Source: Felis catus
Lineage: Eukaryota
Length of the DNA: 64,000 nucleotides
Direction: 5' to 3'
NCBI RefSeq assembly: GCF_018350175.1
Contig: NC_058368.1
Coordinates: 227,666,001 to 227,730,000, forward strand
This document shows, one piece after another, positions 52,846 through 64,000 of the stretch. How positions within the stretch are numbered: position 1 is the stretch's first letter; the number at the start of each line of letters is the position of its first letter. Under the pieces are notes generated by a model, which was given only the letters and a program-made list of their open reading frames with translations, made no database searches and had not been told where the DNA came from. A program made the translations under genes and the position numbers.

Positions 52846-55784
52846 AAGATTTGCAGGCTCCCAAACCCAGGTGTATTTATGAGCAGCTAACCAATGCGGG
52901 CAGCTGTGCACAAGGGAAGGGGTCCACGAGGCCCTTCCCGGAAGACAGCGCTCATGGGAAAGTGCGGCCGTCAACCAGTTACTTCAGCAGTTTCACCTAA
53001 GAGCCTCATTTTATCTGTGAGATAAGGCAATTTTAGATACAAGTAAGGTCCCTTCTCAATGCTGGTCTCTGAAAGAGAGAAACGCTCTTCAGTTTCTAGA
53101 CGAAGAAAGTAGCTTTTTATGTGAATGTTCATGAATGTATCGGTCAAAAGTCTTCACATTACTTCACCAGTTACAAGAGAGTTGAGGTGATTTATCCATG
53201 GAGCCACTATAAATCATTCTAAAGAAGGTAAGATGATCTAGAACATAATTAGTTGCGTGTATTTCAAACAATAAGAGCAATAAACACCTAGAGATGTACC
53301 AAGACTGAGGTTATTCTCATCACTGTGTGGGAATCCCAATTACACCAGCAAGAATTTCTAGTGAGACTTGTTTCTCCTACACACAGTTAATGGAAAATTT
53401 CCTTGCAAACTAATTCCATGACATTTACTCTATTACTTCAATTGCTTAAAAAAAAAAGGGGGGGGGGAGGAAGGGCAGAGAAGGTGACCCAAGTAATCCT
53501 CAAACTCCTCAGCACTGCTCAGCTCACTTCGTGTTGATCTTCGAGGGCCACCTTTTAAGAGGCATGTGCAGAAGAAAAACAAGATAACCCAGCTCTAGAG
53601 CACACATCCAAACAAAAAATAAAGGAAGGAAAACGGAAGAGCGTGTAGAGATGATGGAGATTATCGGACTGTTTCTGAGGTAGCGACCCTGTGTCAGGCG
53701 TTGCCCTGGGCACGGACGTTAAGTATCCTCAGTCATTACTCACAATGATCCCACGTTACTACCACATTCTGTACATCAGAAAACTGATGAAAGTAATGTG
53801 CTTGGGACATGTCACAGCTGGTCCGGCTCTGCTGCCCGTGCTGTTTGGATGGCACACTTCTCCACATCCGGGAATGCAGGGCCCTGAGACTGCCCAGCTT
53901 GAGGGACAGCAAAAGGTAGCTACCTTCACATCCCAGAAACCACCAGGAGTAACGGACAGGTAAAAGAAGTCTCACGACTCCCAGAATGATTCACGCCACT
54001 CTGAAACTATAGCAACAGATAATCAGAGTTAAACGCAAGCAAACCCACCAGTGGAAAAAATCTGCACACCGTTAGTCTGAGAGTGGTTTTATGGACCCTC
54101 CTGTTTGGCTAAACCAGAACAATGTTCCTGCTACCCAGCACTCCAGGGAGACAGAGCAGCTCATGTCTGGTCCGGGTAGGTCCACGCAAGGGGCACAGAG
54201 GACTCATTTTCTTGTCCCCTTTCTCTATTTGGACCACTGTGAAATTTGCCCACTATCACTTGAGAAATGGGTCATTTACACGTTCATCCCACTCATCTCA
54301 TCATTTACCAAGTCAGGCAAAGGATGTTTCCTGTCACTGGGAATCATAAATACAAAAGCAAACCCAGGCAATGAAACAAAGTGACTGTGCTCAACAGCAG
54401 AAGGTTCACCCTTCAATACGCTTCAGTATCTGTAAGTGAAATGACAGGATTCTTGGGGTTTTTTATAAAATATTCTGGGGGGGGGGGGGTCAGAGAAAAA
54501 CAAGACTGACAAAATCTGATCATCACTGAAGCTGGAGCTCGCTACACTATTCTCACTACTTTTGTATACGCTCACAATTTTCCACGACCAAGTTTGGTAG
54601 GTTTAGGTGGGTCAGGCAGATGACCCAAAATACACGTGGATCAATTTTTTTTTTTACAATGTCAGTGAAATAAAACCAATTTTAATATTTACAATCGACA
54701 CAGATTTTAAAACCAGATAGCAAGTTGCCAAAGTTACACACAGCCATTCCACTATGTTAATGTTTTCAAAACTAAGCTGGATATATGCCAAATTCAGCTT
54801 TCTTATTATACTATGTGATGAGCATCACTTTGGTTGGCAGAGATTTATTTTTTACACCGTCCTCTGAATTTGTTTCTTCTTCCACCATGAGTCCAGTACC
54901 GAGCACACAGAAGAACTCCGTAAATGGTGCTCGTCAACTGTAAGTGCTATTTATAAATGATAGCGAGTAGACCAAAACTTCTAAACCCCTTTCTAACTCA
55001 CGGTGTCAACAGTTCAACAGCCCAAGAAAATACCAGAGTAGGAGGAAAGAGTGAGCTCTTCCATACATCACTTTGTCCTTGACGATGCAAAGTGACTGCT
55101 GTCTCCTAAAGGATGCCCAAGCAGGAAAACCCACCAACTTCCTCAGCAGGCCAGACCGTCAACAGCAAAAGCTGACTTTCCTCAGCCACAGCAAGGATGG
55201 GTTACAAATGGGCACTGCTGTCTTCCTTTGTTGGTGTCAACCTAAATAGGCCAGGAGTGTCCCAACCCACGTGCTGTGGCAGATCCATGACAGTCACCTC
55301 CACCTTTGAGAACCCATTAATGCTGCTACTGACCAGCTCTCATCATTCTCTTGCATAACACGTTCATTAATGTGACTGTCTACTGTAGCCTATATAATGA
55401 CCGAGTTCTCCTCCACACGTCCTCGTTTGGCCTCCTTGTATTCCGGCACGCGGATTATGCCCCTTTTAGCACATGCCTTTCCTTTTCCTCACAGGGAAAC
55501 ACCCCTCCAACCCAAACACACGCAATCTCTTTTCTGCAGACATGCCTAAATCCCTGGACTATATCACAGCGGTATTCTTTTTCCAAAAAAAATCACCTGG
55601 AAAATACAGCTTTGCCTGTTCTTAGTGTTCTTCAGAATCCACACTAAACCACCCTATCACTAATGGGGTCTCCAACTGAATGGGGATTCCCAAACGTGGC
55701 ATATCACCTGGTAAAGATTTTTAAAGCCCCACCAAACATCATGCCACAAAATCAAGAGAATACTTTTAAGAAACTGAAGCTCAC

Positions 55785-56010
55785 GGGTACCTGGGTAGCT
55801 CAGTCAGTTAAGCATCTGGCTCTGGATTTCGCTCGGGTCATGATCTCACAGTTCACGAGTTCGAGCCCCGCATCACGCTCCATGCTGATAGCGTGGATCC
55901 TGCGTGGGATTCTCTTTCTCCCTGCCCCTCCTCCATTCACACACACTCACTCTCTCCCTCTCTCAAAATAAATAAATTCACTTTGAAAAAAGAAAAAAAA
56001 AAAAAAAAAA
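55785..56010 (+). mobile_element. CAN-SINE
   Basis: gggtacctgggtagctcagtcagttaag...aaaataaataaa + poly-A; ctgaagct flanks. Confidence 0.92.
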
Positions 56011-56268
56011 GCCCTGAAGCTGAGCCTGAAGACAAACACATTTTTAGAAACAGCATTCCATTTCTGGTCTTACAGCGCACTGCGTGCTGGTACCAGATTC
56101 ACCGAGGACCGTCCACCTCCAGCACCACATCCTAATCCCAGCCTCGTGGGCGTCCCAACTCCATCACCTCCACACGAAGCTCTTCAAGCAAGACACATGC
56201 TTCTCATCTCCACACCCAGAAGTGCTGTATACAGGACAGAATGGTCACAAAATGGAAATAAGGATCAA

Positions 56269-56480
56269 GGGGCGCCTAGGTGGCCCAGTCAGCTGAGCAT
56301 CCAACCTCAGCTCAGGTCATGCATCGTCTCACAGCTCATGAGTTCAAGCCCCACACGGGGCTCACTGCTGTCACTGCAGAGCCCGCTTCAGATCCTCTGT
56401 CCCCCTCTCTCTTTGCCCCTCCTCTGCTTGTGCTCTCTCTCAAAAACAAATGTTAAAACAAAACAAAACAAAACAAAACA
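56269..56480 (+). mobile_element. CAN-SINE close to the exon 3 donor
   Basis: ggggcgcctaggtggcccagtc...ttcagatcctctgtcccc...(AAAAC)n tail. Confidence 0.9.
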
Positions 56481-56608
56481 GAGTCTTTAAAATAAAAAGG
56501 GAGAAAGATCATGATTTTAGTTCTGTACTGTTTCGTCTGCTTGGAAGTCAAGTCACATGTCTTGGGACGGTGGCAACACTGAGTAACCACGAACCACACG
56601 GAACTTAC

Positions 56609-56723
56609 CTAGGGATACAGGCTAGATACGAAATCAGTCTCCTGAGGTCCTCCTGTCGTATTCTATCATGATTGCTGCGGGCTGGAAACGTTAAAATGGG
56701 ACCTCCACGTTTATCTCTGCCAC
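56609..56723 (-). CDS. TRIO: TRIO coding exon (~exon 3, 115 nt), SEC14/CRAL-TRIO domain: (G)GRDKRGGPILTFPARSNHDRIRQEDLRRLISYLACIP(S)
   Basis: Translated by hand (absent from ORF track); acceptor ttttcag|GT, donor AG|gtaagt; phase 1 start, phase 2 end matching the next exon. Confidence 0.96.
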
Positions 56724-57312
56724 CTGAAAAACAAACATTTGGAGCACACTTAGACAGAAACAGAGAGGACAGGACTCTTCATGCCACCGGAGGTCCATTG
56801 TTGTCACCGAACCACTCATGCAATGCTGTTCTCCACCAACTGCATGGCCAGGAAGGACGGAGCAAAAGGCAAGAGCCCTTGCTTTGGTGGAGACGTGGAT
56901 GGGCTACTTCATCCCCTCCCAGGATTCTGAAGAAGAACATGTCTGAGTGCTGCCTGTCACCTGGGAAGCCATCACAGAAGGCCCCGTCTTTGTCTTCCTG
57001 CGTGCTTCCTGCTTTCTTTAACTTTACGTCTGCAGGGAACACATTTCCACACACATGTGCTTCATTCACCTTAAACCAGCGCCTCCCCACATCTCACCTC
57101 TTGTTCTCCTCCACGCTGCCCCCATCCTGCCCTCCCCAGCATGCTAAGCTCTCAACCAAACTGGGTTGTAGGTCTTGCAAGAAAGAGACAGAATGGTCTC
57201 CAAACGTTATCCTGGATGATGACTTTCTATAATCTGGGATCTAGGGCATCTTCCCCGTTCCAGGGCAGTACCTGACCCCAGCAGTCAAGCTTCACCAACC
57301 TCTCACACAAAG

Positions 57313-57313
<1 letters not shown>

Positions 57314-57363
<50 letters not shown>
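57314..57363. repeat. (CA)25 microsatellite
   Basis: Uninterrupted CA run. Confidence 0.95.
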
Positions 57364-57365
<2 letters not shown>

Positions 57366-58179
57366 TTGATTGGCATTTAAGAATGTTACAACAGAACTAA
57401 GTTACCTTAAGGTGTTTAGAAAAATTATGTCACATACTAAGTACAAACCTCGGGTGACAGGCAGGTGTGGCCCTCATTAACACACTGAAAATCCTAATGA
57501 AGTCTGTTGGTATCACTCAACATTTTTGGTGAAATTTCTAGATATATTTTATTACTTCTCTCACTGTTTCCACAAATTACAACAGAGAAGGAAAATCTAG
57601 CCTTCCCAAGCAGATCCTTCCTTAGTTTTACAGCTCTGGTCATCTATCTGTCTTCAGAGGAATGGCAGTAAGATCTCAAAATTCAAGTCACAACATGAAA
57701 CTGTTAATTATTTTCTCATCTTATTTACTTCATCAGCAGAGGTAAAATTAAAAAGCAAGCAAACAAACACTAACAACAGAAAGCCAGATTCTTTCTTTTT
57801 AGAAAAGCCAAAGAAGTGTTCAGCACAAGATGTTGGAATTTTAAAAACACATTTCACCAATTTGGGTTTTTACCATTTCCTAGAATGATTAATAGTGCCT
57901 CTCAACAATAATGAAACTCAATTCTGATTCTGAACGCTTAAAATGATCCACATGTACTATTTGGTCATGCAATCCAGAAAAGTGTTGTTATTTACAAATC
58001 CAGTAATTCAAGTATTAAATGGGAACAATACTAAATCATAGCCACTGATACATGCTACATATGGATTCCAGTCCTTAACATACGGGCTTGGATTTCAACA
58101 TCATGACGACCGCATTAAGAGGTTTTATCATTCCAGCTTTATAATTAAAGATACTAAAGCTTCAATAAGGATGGGGGGA

Positions 58180-58282
58180 GGGGTGCTGGCTGGCTCAGTC
58201 AGAAGTGCCCAGAACTTCTGGTCTAGGGGTCATGAGTTTGAGTCCCACATTTAGTGTAGAGATTACTTAAAATAAACAAGTG

Positions 58283-58319
<37 letters not shown>
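58180..58319 (+). mobile_element. Old short CAN-SINE with long poly-A tail
   Basis: ggggtgctggctggctcagtcag...gagtttgagtcccacatttagtgtagagattacttaaaataa + ~32 A. Confidence 0.85.
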
Positions 58320-58321
<2 letters not shown>

Positions 58322-60194
58322 CAAGGGGGCTATGCCACATGGTCACATCTGGGTACTTTGCCCTGACAAGAACTTACAAAATTTTTCACACTAGTAGCTT
58401 TAATTCTCTCTAAAGTAGCAAAAATGTGCAGAAGGAGAACTGAATGATGGTCCTAAGCTTCTTTATGAACAAAAGGTACTATTAAAAGTAAGAAGCAGTA
58501 CTGTTATAAATGCCAGAATGTCATCACCAAGTAACCTTCTGAAATATCAGACAGTATTTTTAGGGTAATACTAATGAGGGCCAATGGTATTTTGGGGGAT
58601 TACCGCTTATCCCCAGGATAAGACAGGCAACGACTTCAGTATTTTTTTTCTTTTTTTTTGGTCTCCCAACATCTTTGATAGTTTTCAAAAGAGAATCAAT
58701 CTCCTTGGTCAAAAATACTGCAGATCCACATACAGAAATTTGAGTTCTTAAAAATGTACTAGGATATTTGGCTGAAAACATTCACCCCACTTTCAGTAAA
58801 GAGAATAGCATCTAACATCTTCCTGGACCAACATTCTGAACTTTTTAAATGCAAAACAATATTTGATTCAGCAGAGAGACTAGATGACCGTGACCCATGA
58901 TCAACTCCTCCCTCTGGGTCATCGTATCTCACAAAGCAAGCAAGGCCATATGCGCCACCATGGGCGCCAAAAGTTGGACCCAAAACCGCCCATCAAAGAC
59001 ACTCATGTGGGAAAGTGCCATTCTGCTCACCGAGAAGTAAATGCCAAGTGTGAGGAGTCCTGACCGCCTCTGTTCTGCTTCACCTGTCATCCAGATTCCC
59101 CTCAAGCTGGCAGCACTAAGGAAGAGTCCCCTGAGACTCGCCAGAAAGCTCATCCCCCAACTAGGCTCTCACTTGTGTCCTAAAAAAAAACCTTATTTAC
59201 ACCCAAACTTGAACTTTAAGAGCAAAAAAAATACTCACTTTATCTTTTTCCTTTTCCCATAACAGAGCTTCAGAAAACTCACCGGGATAGTTTTAAAACT
59301 TCAACAAAAGTCACTTATGAAGTAAAAACTACATATTCTCTATTTAAGTAATAATTGTTTTCACCTGCTAACCTCCCTGCATCGGGGTGCATCTTCCAAT
59401 CTGTGGTGTGTCAGCGACAGGCAGATGTCAATCACCCATCTGCTGACCACAACCCCTCCCAAGAAGTTAAAAAAAAAAAAAATCTTAGAACCCATGAAAC
59501 ACAGTATCAAAGAAGCACCGTGAGCCTCTAACGGGCTTAAAATCATTGCCACATACGCCTGTTTGGATTATACTCTCCAAGATTTAACCTGGTGCCAGTG
59601 TCACAAATGCAGAAGATACACCACAGGAACACTGTCTGGGTTATGAAGCAGAATTACAACTGTAAAGTTCTTGTTCCTGAACCAGTAACAAGAATGATGC
59701 TCTAACTCAGCAAAGCTTCACTTACCGGATGTACGAGTGTGTATCTGACGTTGACCTGCAGCCTCAGGGACAGGCAGGTGGGACACGTCAGTCCTAGTTT
59801 ATAGACGGGAAACGCAGTGCCTTAGTTTCTACAGGGAAAAGCAAAGGGCAGGAAATCCATTTCCTGCACGATTTCCTGCACGTACCAATGTCCAGGATGT
59901 CTAAGAATGAATGGGTCACAGTCCCTGGATTGCTACGTGTCTATAATCAAAAACGAACAGCTTGTTAAGGATTGCCTATCCAAATGCTGTGTTAATTAAA
60001 AAAAAAAAAAAAAAAAAACAGAATAAGAAAGAAAAAGAAAGTATAGTTTTTGTTCCTAATGACACTGTTGTATGTTCAATTCCTACAAAAACTGTCCTTC
60101 CTCTCCCCGTTCTCCATTTTATTTCTGTAAGGCACCTCTCACCTTGTGGTAAGCTATGGGGTTTACACAATCTTTTTGTTTGTCTGTGTCGCTG

Positions 60195-60325
60195 ACTAAA
60201 TGGAAGCTCTATGGAGGCAGGTGTTGTTTGTTCCCTCACTGACATCAGTATATACTTTCAAGGCCGAGGAAGACACTGGAACAAAAAGTACACTCAATAA
60301 ATCAGTATTTGCGGAATGAATGGAT
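60195..60325 (+). mobile_element. L2 3'-end relic
   Basis: ggaagctctatggaggcagg...cactcaataaat...gaatgaatgg. Confidence 0.55.
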
Positions 60326-61319
60326 TCTACACGAAGTGAATTAAAAATACCTACTGTCGGATATCAGGAAGTTAAAAACAGATGTGCCTAATGAACATTC
60401 CTATAGAAACACAGATGCTAAGGTTCCTGTCCACATGGGAAAGAAGGCTGAGGAAGTCCGGCATTATAGCTTCAAGTGTCTGTGTGACACTTCCTAAAAC
60501 CCAGAGACACTTATTTTCTTGTCTAAAAGGTGACACTCCAGGGGACATGGGCTCTGGAGCAGCGTGGCCCAGAATGACCACAAAAGCAGCTGGATTCAGA
60601 GCTGCCTCTTCTTCTTTACATCAATTAGGAACTCACCTTTCATCCAGTTAGAATAAACTTCTCTTGTAAGGAAGGCATACTTACTTTGAGGAATATCATG
60701 TAAATCTCAGTGAATCAACTATATTTCTCTCTGTATGGTCCTTATTTGAATTTCTGGATTACAGCCCCAGTGAAAAGGATTCTTTACACCCCCATCCCCC
60801 AAGGAGCAGGCTAACTCACAGCAGATCACGAAAAGCAGATTTTACAAAGGAAAGCTCAGAAAAGGCATGATTTGTGAGAAATTGTGGCTCCCATGAATTA
60901 AGTCTGCCATCAACTAACCAAACTCTGTCACGAGGTACCCACTGCCCCCCACCTCGCTCTAGGAGCAGCCAAGGCCCACACTGGCTCCACAGCCCCCTAC
61001 GTTCACATGCTTGCCTCCTGCAGCCAAGTCCTGACAACTAGAAACCGGTTTACAGAGTATTTCAAAGGAAGACTCTACAGGGACTCTGGATGCAGCACTT
61101 GGAAAGCCTCTGGCAATACCCAGCTCTCTGGTCTGTCATTATGGCTTCGGACTGTGCCAGATGCCAACGCAATACCCAAGATGGACGGGAGGTACCCCCT
61201 TCCCTTTCCAGAAAATGTAGAACTCTGCAAAACTGAACCAAGAGGAACAGTGGTGAGTAGTCCAATAGGAACAGCAAACCTCTGGCCAATCAAATCCTAC
61301 TCTCACTTGCAAAGGTGAC

Positions 61320-63450
61320 TGATGTTCACTTTGCCATCCCCAGAACAATTTCTTCCAAAAAAAGCAACCCTAATGTCTATCAGCAGGCAACAGACTGAAC
61401 CAAGTATGGTACAGACACACACCAACAGAGTTCATACAACTGTAAAAGGGTGTGGCCCCTCTGTACTAAGTCTCCCTTCTCCAGACTACTGGTTCAGTGA
61501 AACAGCACGCAGAAAAAATGGTGCATGGCTACATTACTATTTCCCTCCGGGAGGGGAGGGGAGAACAGATGGAGAGAAAGAAGTGCTCATATTTTACAAG
61601 GGTAAGGAAAAAAAACAAAAACAAAAACAAAAACTAAAGAAAACAAAAACAAAAACAGGTTTCCTCTGGTGGAGGGAAGGTACAGTAGAAAAGGCAGGGA
61701 GAGAAACATTTCTCTGTACTTTAACTTTTTTTAGATCTTAAGCCTGGAATGATGTGCACATTGAAGCAAGACGGGGTGGTTGTTTTTTTAAGCTTTAAAA
61801 ATGTAAAATGAAATGAAACAAATGATCTGGAGTTTCAAGTTGGCAGTAACTTGCCGCACAGAGACAATCCCATATTCTACGGGCTTTCATGACACAGCAG
61901 CAGGACTGTATGTTCCCAGGGGCATATACCCTTAGGACAATAAAACAAGAACAAAAGTATCAAATTACATTCAGGGTCTCATAGTGTAGCAGTAACATCA
62001 GCATTACAATGTAAACATGCAATTATGTTGATGAGGGCAGGCACTAAGATTTTCACTATAAAGAAAAGGAGACACAAATGTAAAATCAAAGAAACATATG
62101 ATACCTGTAATCCTAAATTTGGATTAGAAACTTTAGTATAAAGTCATGACATCTTTTCTTATTAAGGAAATATACATATACACACAATATATATACACAT
62201 ATTGCCTGGATGTGTCCACGGGGGGAGCAGAGATAGTAACCCACTCAACCCCAAGAATATGACCCACGCCAAAGTTGGACGTTCAACCAACAGAGCCACT
62301 TAGGTGCCCCAGAGAAGAGAAAAATTTAACTTCATAAGAGATGAAAAAAACTGTAATTGAAACACATCAAATATTAAAAATCACAGGTGTTTTTTTTTTA
62401 TCAGTCTGAAATGACTAACGGTCATTTTACATTCGTCTGAAAACTGATAAGAATCAATCATTTTTCCTGCTTTTCTTGTATTAACTGTGTTCTCAGGGTA
62501 ACCAAGAAACTGATGAAGGGACACTTCCCTTGTAGAATATCCAAACCGATAAAGAACAAAGGATGTGGGGTGCCTGGGTGGCTCTGTCAGTTAAGCACCC
62601 AACTCACAATTTTGGCTCAGGTCACAATCTTGTGGTCATAAGATTGTGCCCTGAGTCGGGTGAGTGTGGAGCCTGCTTAGGATTCTCTCTCTTCCTCTCC
62701 CTCGGCCCCTCCCCTGCTTATAGGTGCACGAATGCTCTCTCCCTCTCCCTCTCCCTCTCCCAAAAAAAAAAAAAAAAAAAAAAAAGGATGCAATTAGAAT
62801 GTCACCATTTTGCATTACATAATGAACTGTAATAAAATACCAGATTCTAAACCATGATCATCAATGAATGCTTAACATCAAAGAAAAAGAAACAGCCAAC
62901 CCCCACCCCACCCTGCACCACACACAAATACAACTCCCAGTAGGACTACCCACTACCACCCAGTAAGGATTCTTGATTTTTGCCTTCTTCCTGCAAAATC
63001 TAAGCTAGGTCTGATCAAACCTCAAGACCCAGCTCCTAGTTTACAGGAAAGACAGGGGAAGGAGAGCATAGTAACTGACCACCCACAGGTGCAACCAGCA
63101 AAAGCTACAATGTAGGGAACTCTACAGGAAAACACCATTTCCTCACCTAATAATTAACACAGGGGATAAGATAAATACAAGGATAAGGAGTAAGAACCTA
63201 TAGATTGAGAGAAACAGTCAGAAGAACCAATTGCAATGTATATCCTGTAAAACAAATTGTGAGACAAGCAAGGATATTTGAATATTGCCTGGCCTCTTTT
63301 TATATTAAAGAATTACTGCCCATTTTTTAAAGCCATTAATCGTACTGAGGTTTTTTTAAAGGAATATAGATGAGTGACCCATGGATTCTTGGAAATTCAT
63401 TATACTATTCTCTCTCCTTTTGGATGCTGAAATGTTTTATGATAAAAAGG
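61320..63450 (+). mobile_element. Fragmented old L1M (L1MC/L1ME-like) relic interrupted by SINEs
   Basis: aagcaaccctaatgtctatcagcagg, ggatgcaattagaatgtcaccattttgca, and terminal tatactattctctct...gaaatgttttatgataaaaag. Confidence 0.5.
62567..62785 (+). mobile_element. CAN-SINE with TSD aaaggatg
   Basis: ggggtgcctgggtggctctgtcagttaag...poly-A. Confidence 0.92.
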
Positions 63451-64000
63451 GGGAAAAAGTGTTCTTAACTCTGGTGGTGGTCAGTGAATTCTTTTGAGGT
63501 CCAAACCCCAATGGCATAGGAATCACATTAGTGGTTGAGCATACATATACATGGTATATATTATATATTAACATATACATTAAATAAAATGTTAAATATA
63601 AACTATAAAACACTTCTTTTATTGCCCCTACTTCTGACCTGAAGCATGAAATCAGGTTTGTCATCTAACCTCATTTAACACACCGTCTGCAGGAGCTGGT
63701 AAGTACTTTGCTGTCTTACATATGTGCAGTGAGGGCTGCTTTTTACAGTAGCTGGCAAGGAGACTGAGGATCAGAAATATTCAAGTTCAAAGAATCCCTA
63801 CTGGGTTTTTTGGTTTTTTTTTTTTTTTTTTAGAGATTTTGACCTAATAAGTAACTCCCAGAATCACTGATCTTTTGGCCTGCTTTTTCAAAGCCCTGGT
63901 TATTCCATTTAGATTTAATTTACTAAAAACTACTCATATGGAGAGCTTTTACAAATGCACCACAATAAATATCCCCTAATACTTTTAAAAACAGGATCAG

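Larger units (their letters stand above)
1..64000 (-). other. TRIO: Internal part of the TRIO gene (intron 2 to intron 10 by homolog numbering); the gene extends beyond both window edges
   Basis: Eight spliced exons join into one open frame matching the TRIO SEC14 domain and first spectrin repeats; no start or stop exon is in the window. Confidence 0.97.

Noticed and set aside
56672..57232. 186-aa plus-strand ORF antisense to exon 3
   Set aside because: Non-ATG start, no homology recognised, intronic composition
1..64000. CRISPR arrays, operons or prokaryote-type defence systems
   Set aside because: The sequence is a mammalian intron/exon locus; the recurring ~200-nt repeats are dispersed SINEs, not regularly spaced direct repeats

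Overview
Eukaryotic (mammalian) genomic DNA, almost certainly a feliform carnivore: it is dense in CAN-SINEs of the felid SINEC_Fc type and contains an L1_Fc-like 3' end. The whole window lies inside the TRIO gene (Rho-GEF with an N-terminal SEC14/CRAL-TRIO domain and spectrin repeats) on the minus strand. Eight consecutive coding exons could be delimited at base resolution (115, 193, 513, 123, 192, 132, 231 and 123 nt, 1622 nt in total). They correspond to exons ~3-10 by homology with human numbering as I recall it; all have GT-AG boundaries and consistent phases. Two of them (56609-56723 and 45484-45606) are missing from the ORF track. The rest is intronic: ~20 CAN-SINEs, L1 fragments, MIR/L2/MER/MLT relics and simple repeats. 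I found no evidence of a new multi-gene system. The most notable signals are a sharply localised GC/CpG peak around exon 9 (GC3 74/77; GC box, NRF1-like motif, Z-DNA tract), a recursive-splice-like CAG|GTGAGC at the start of that exon, and a stacked SINE/SINE-L1 insertion cluster at ~28.1-28.8 kb.
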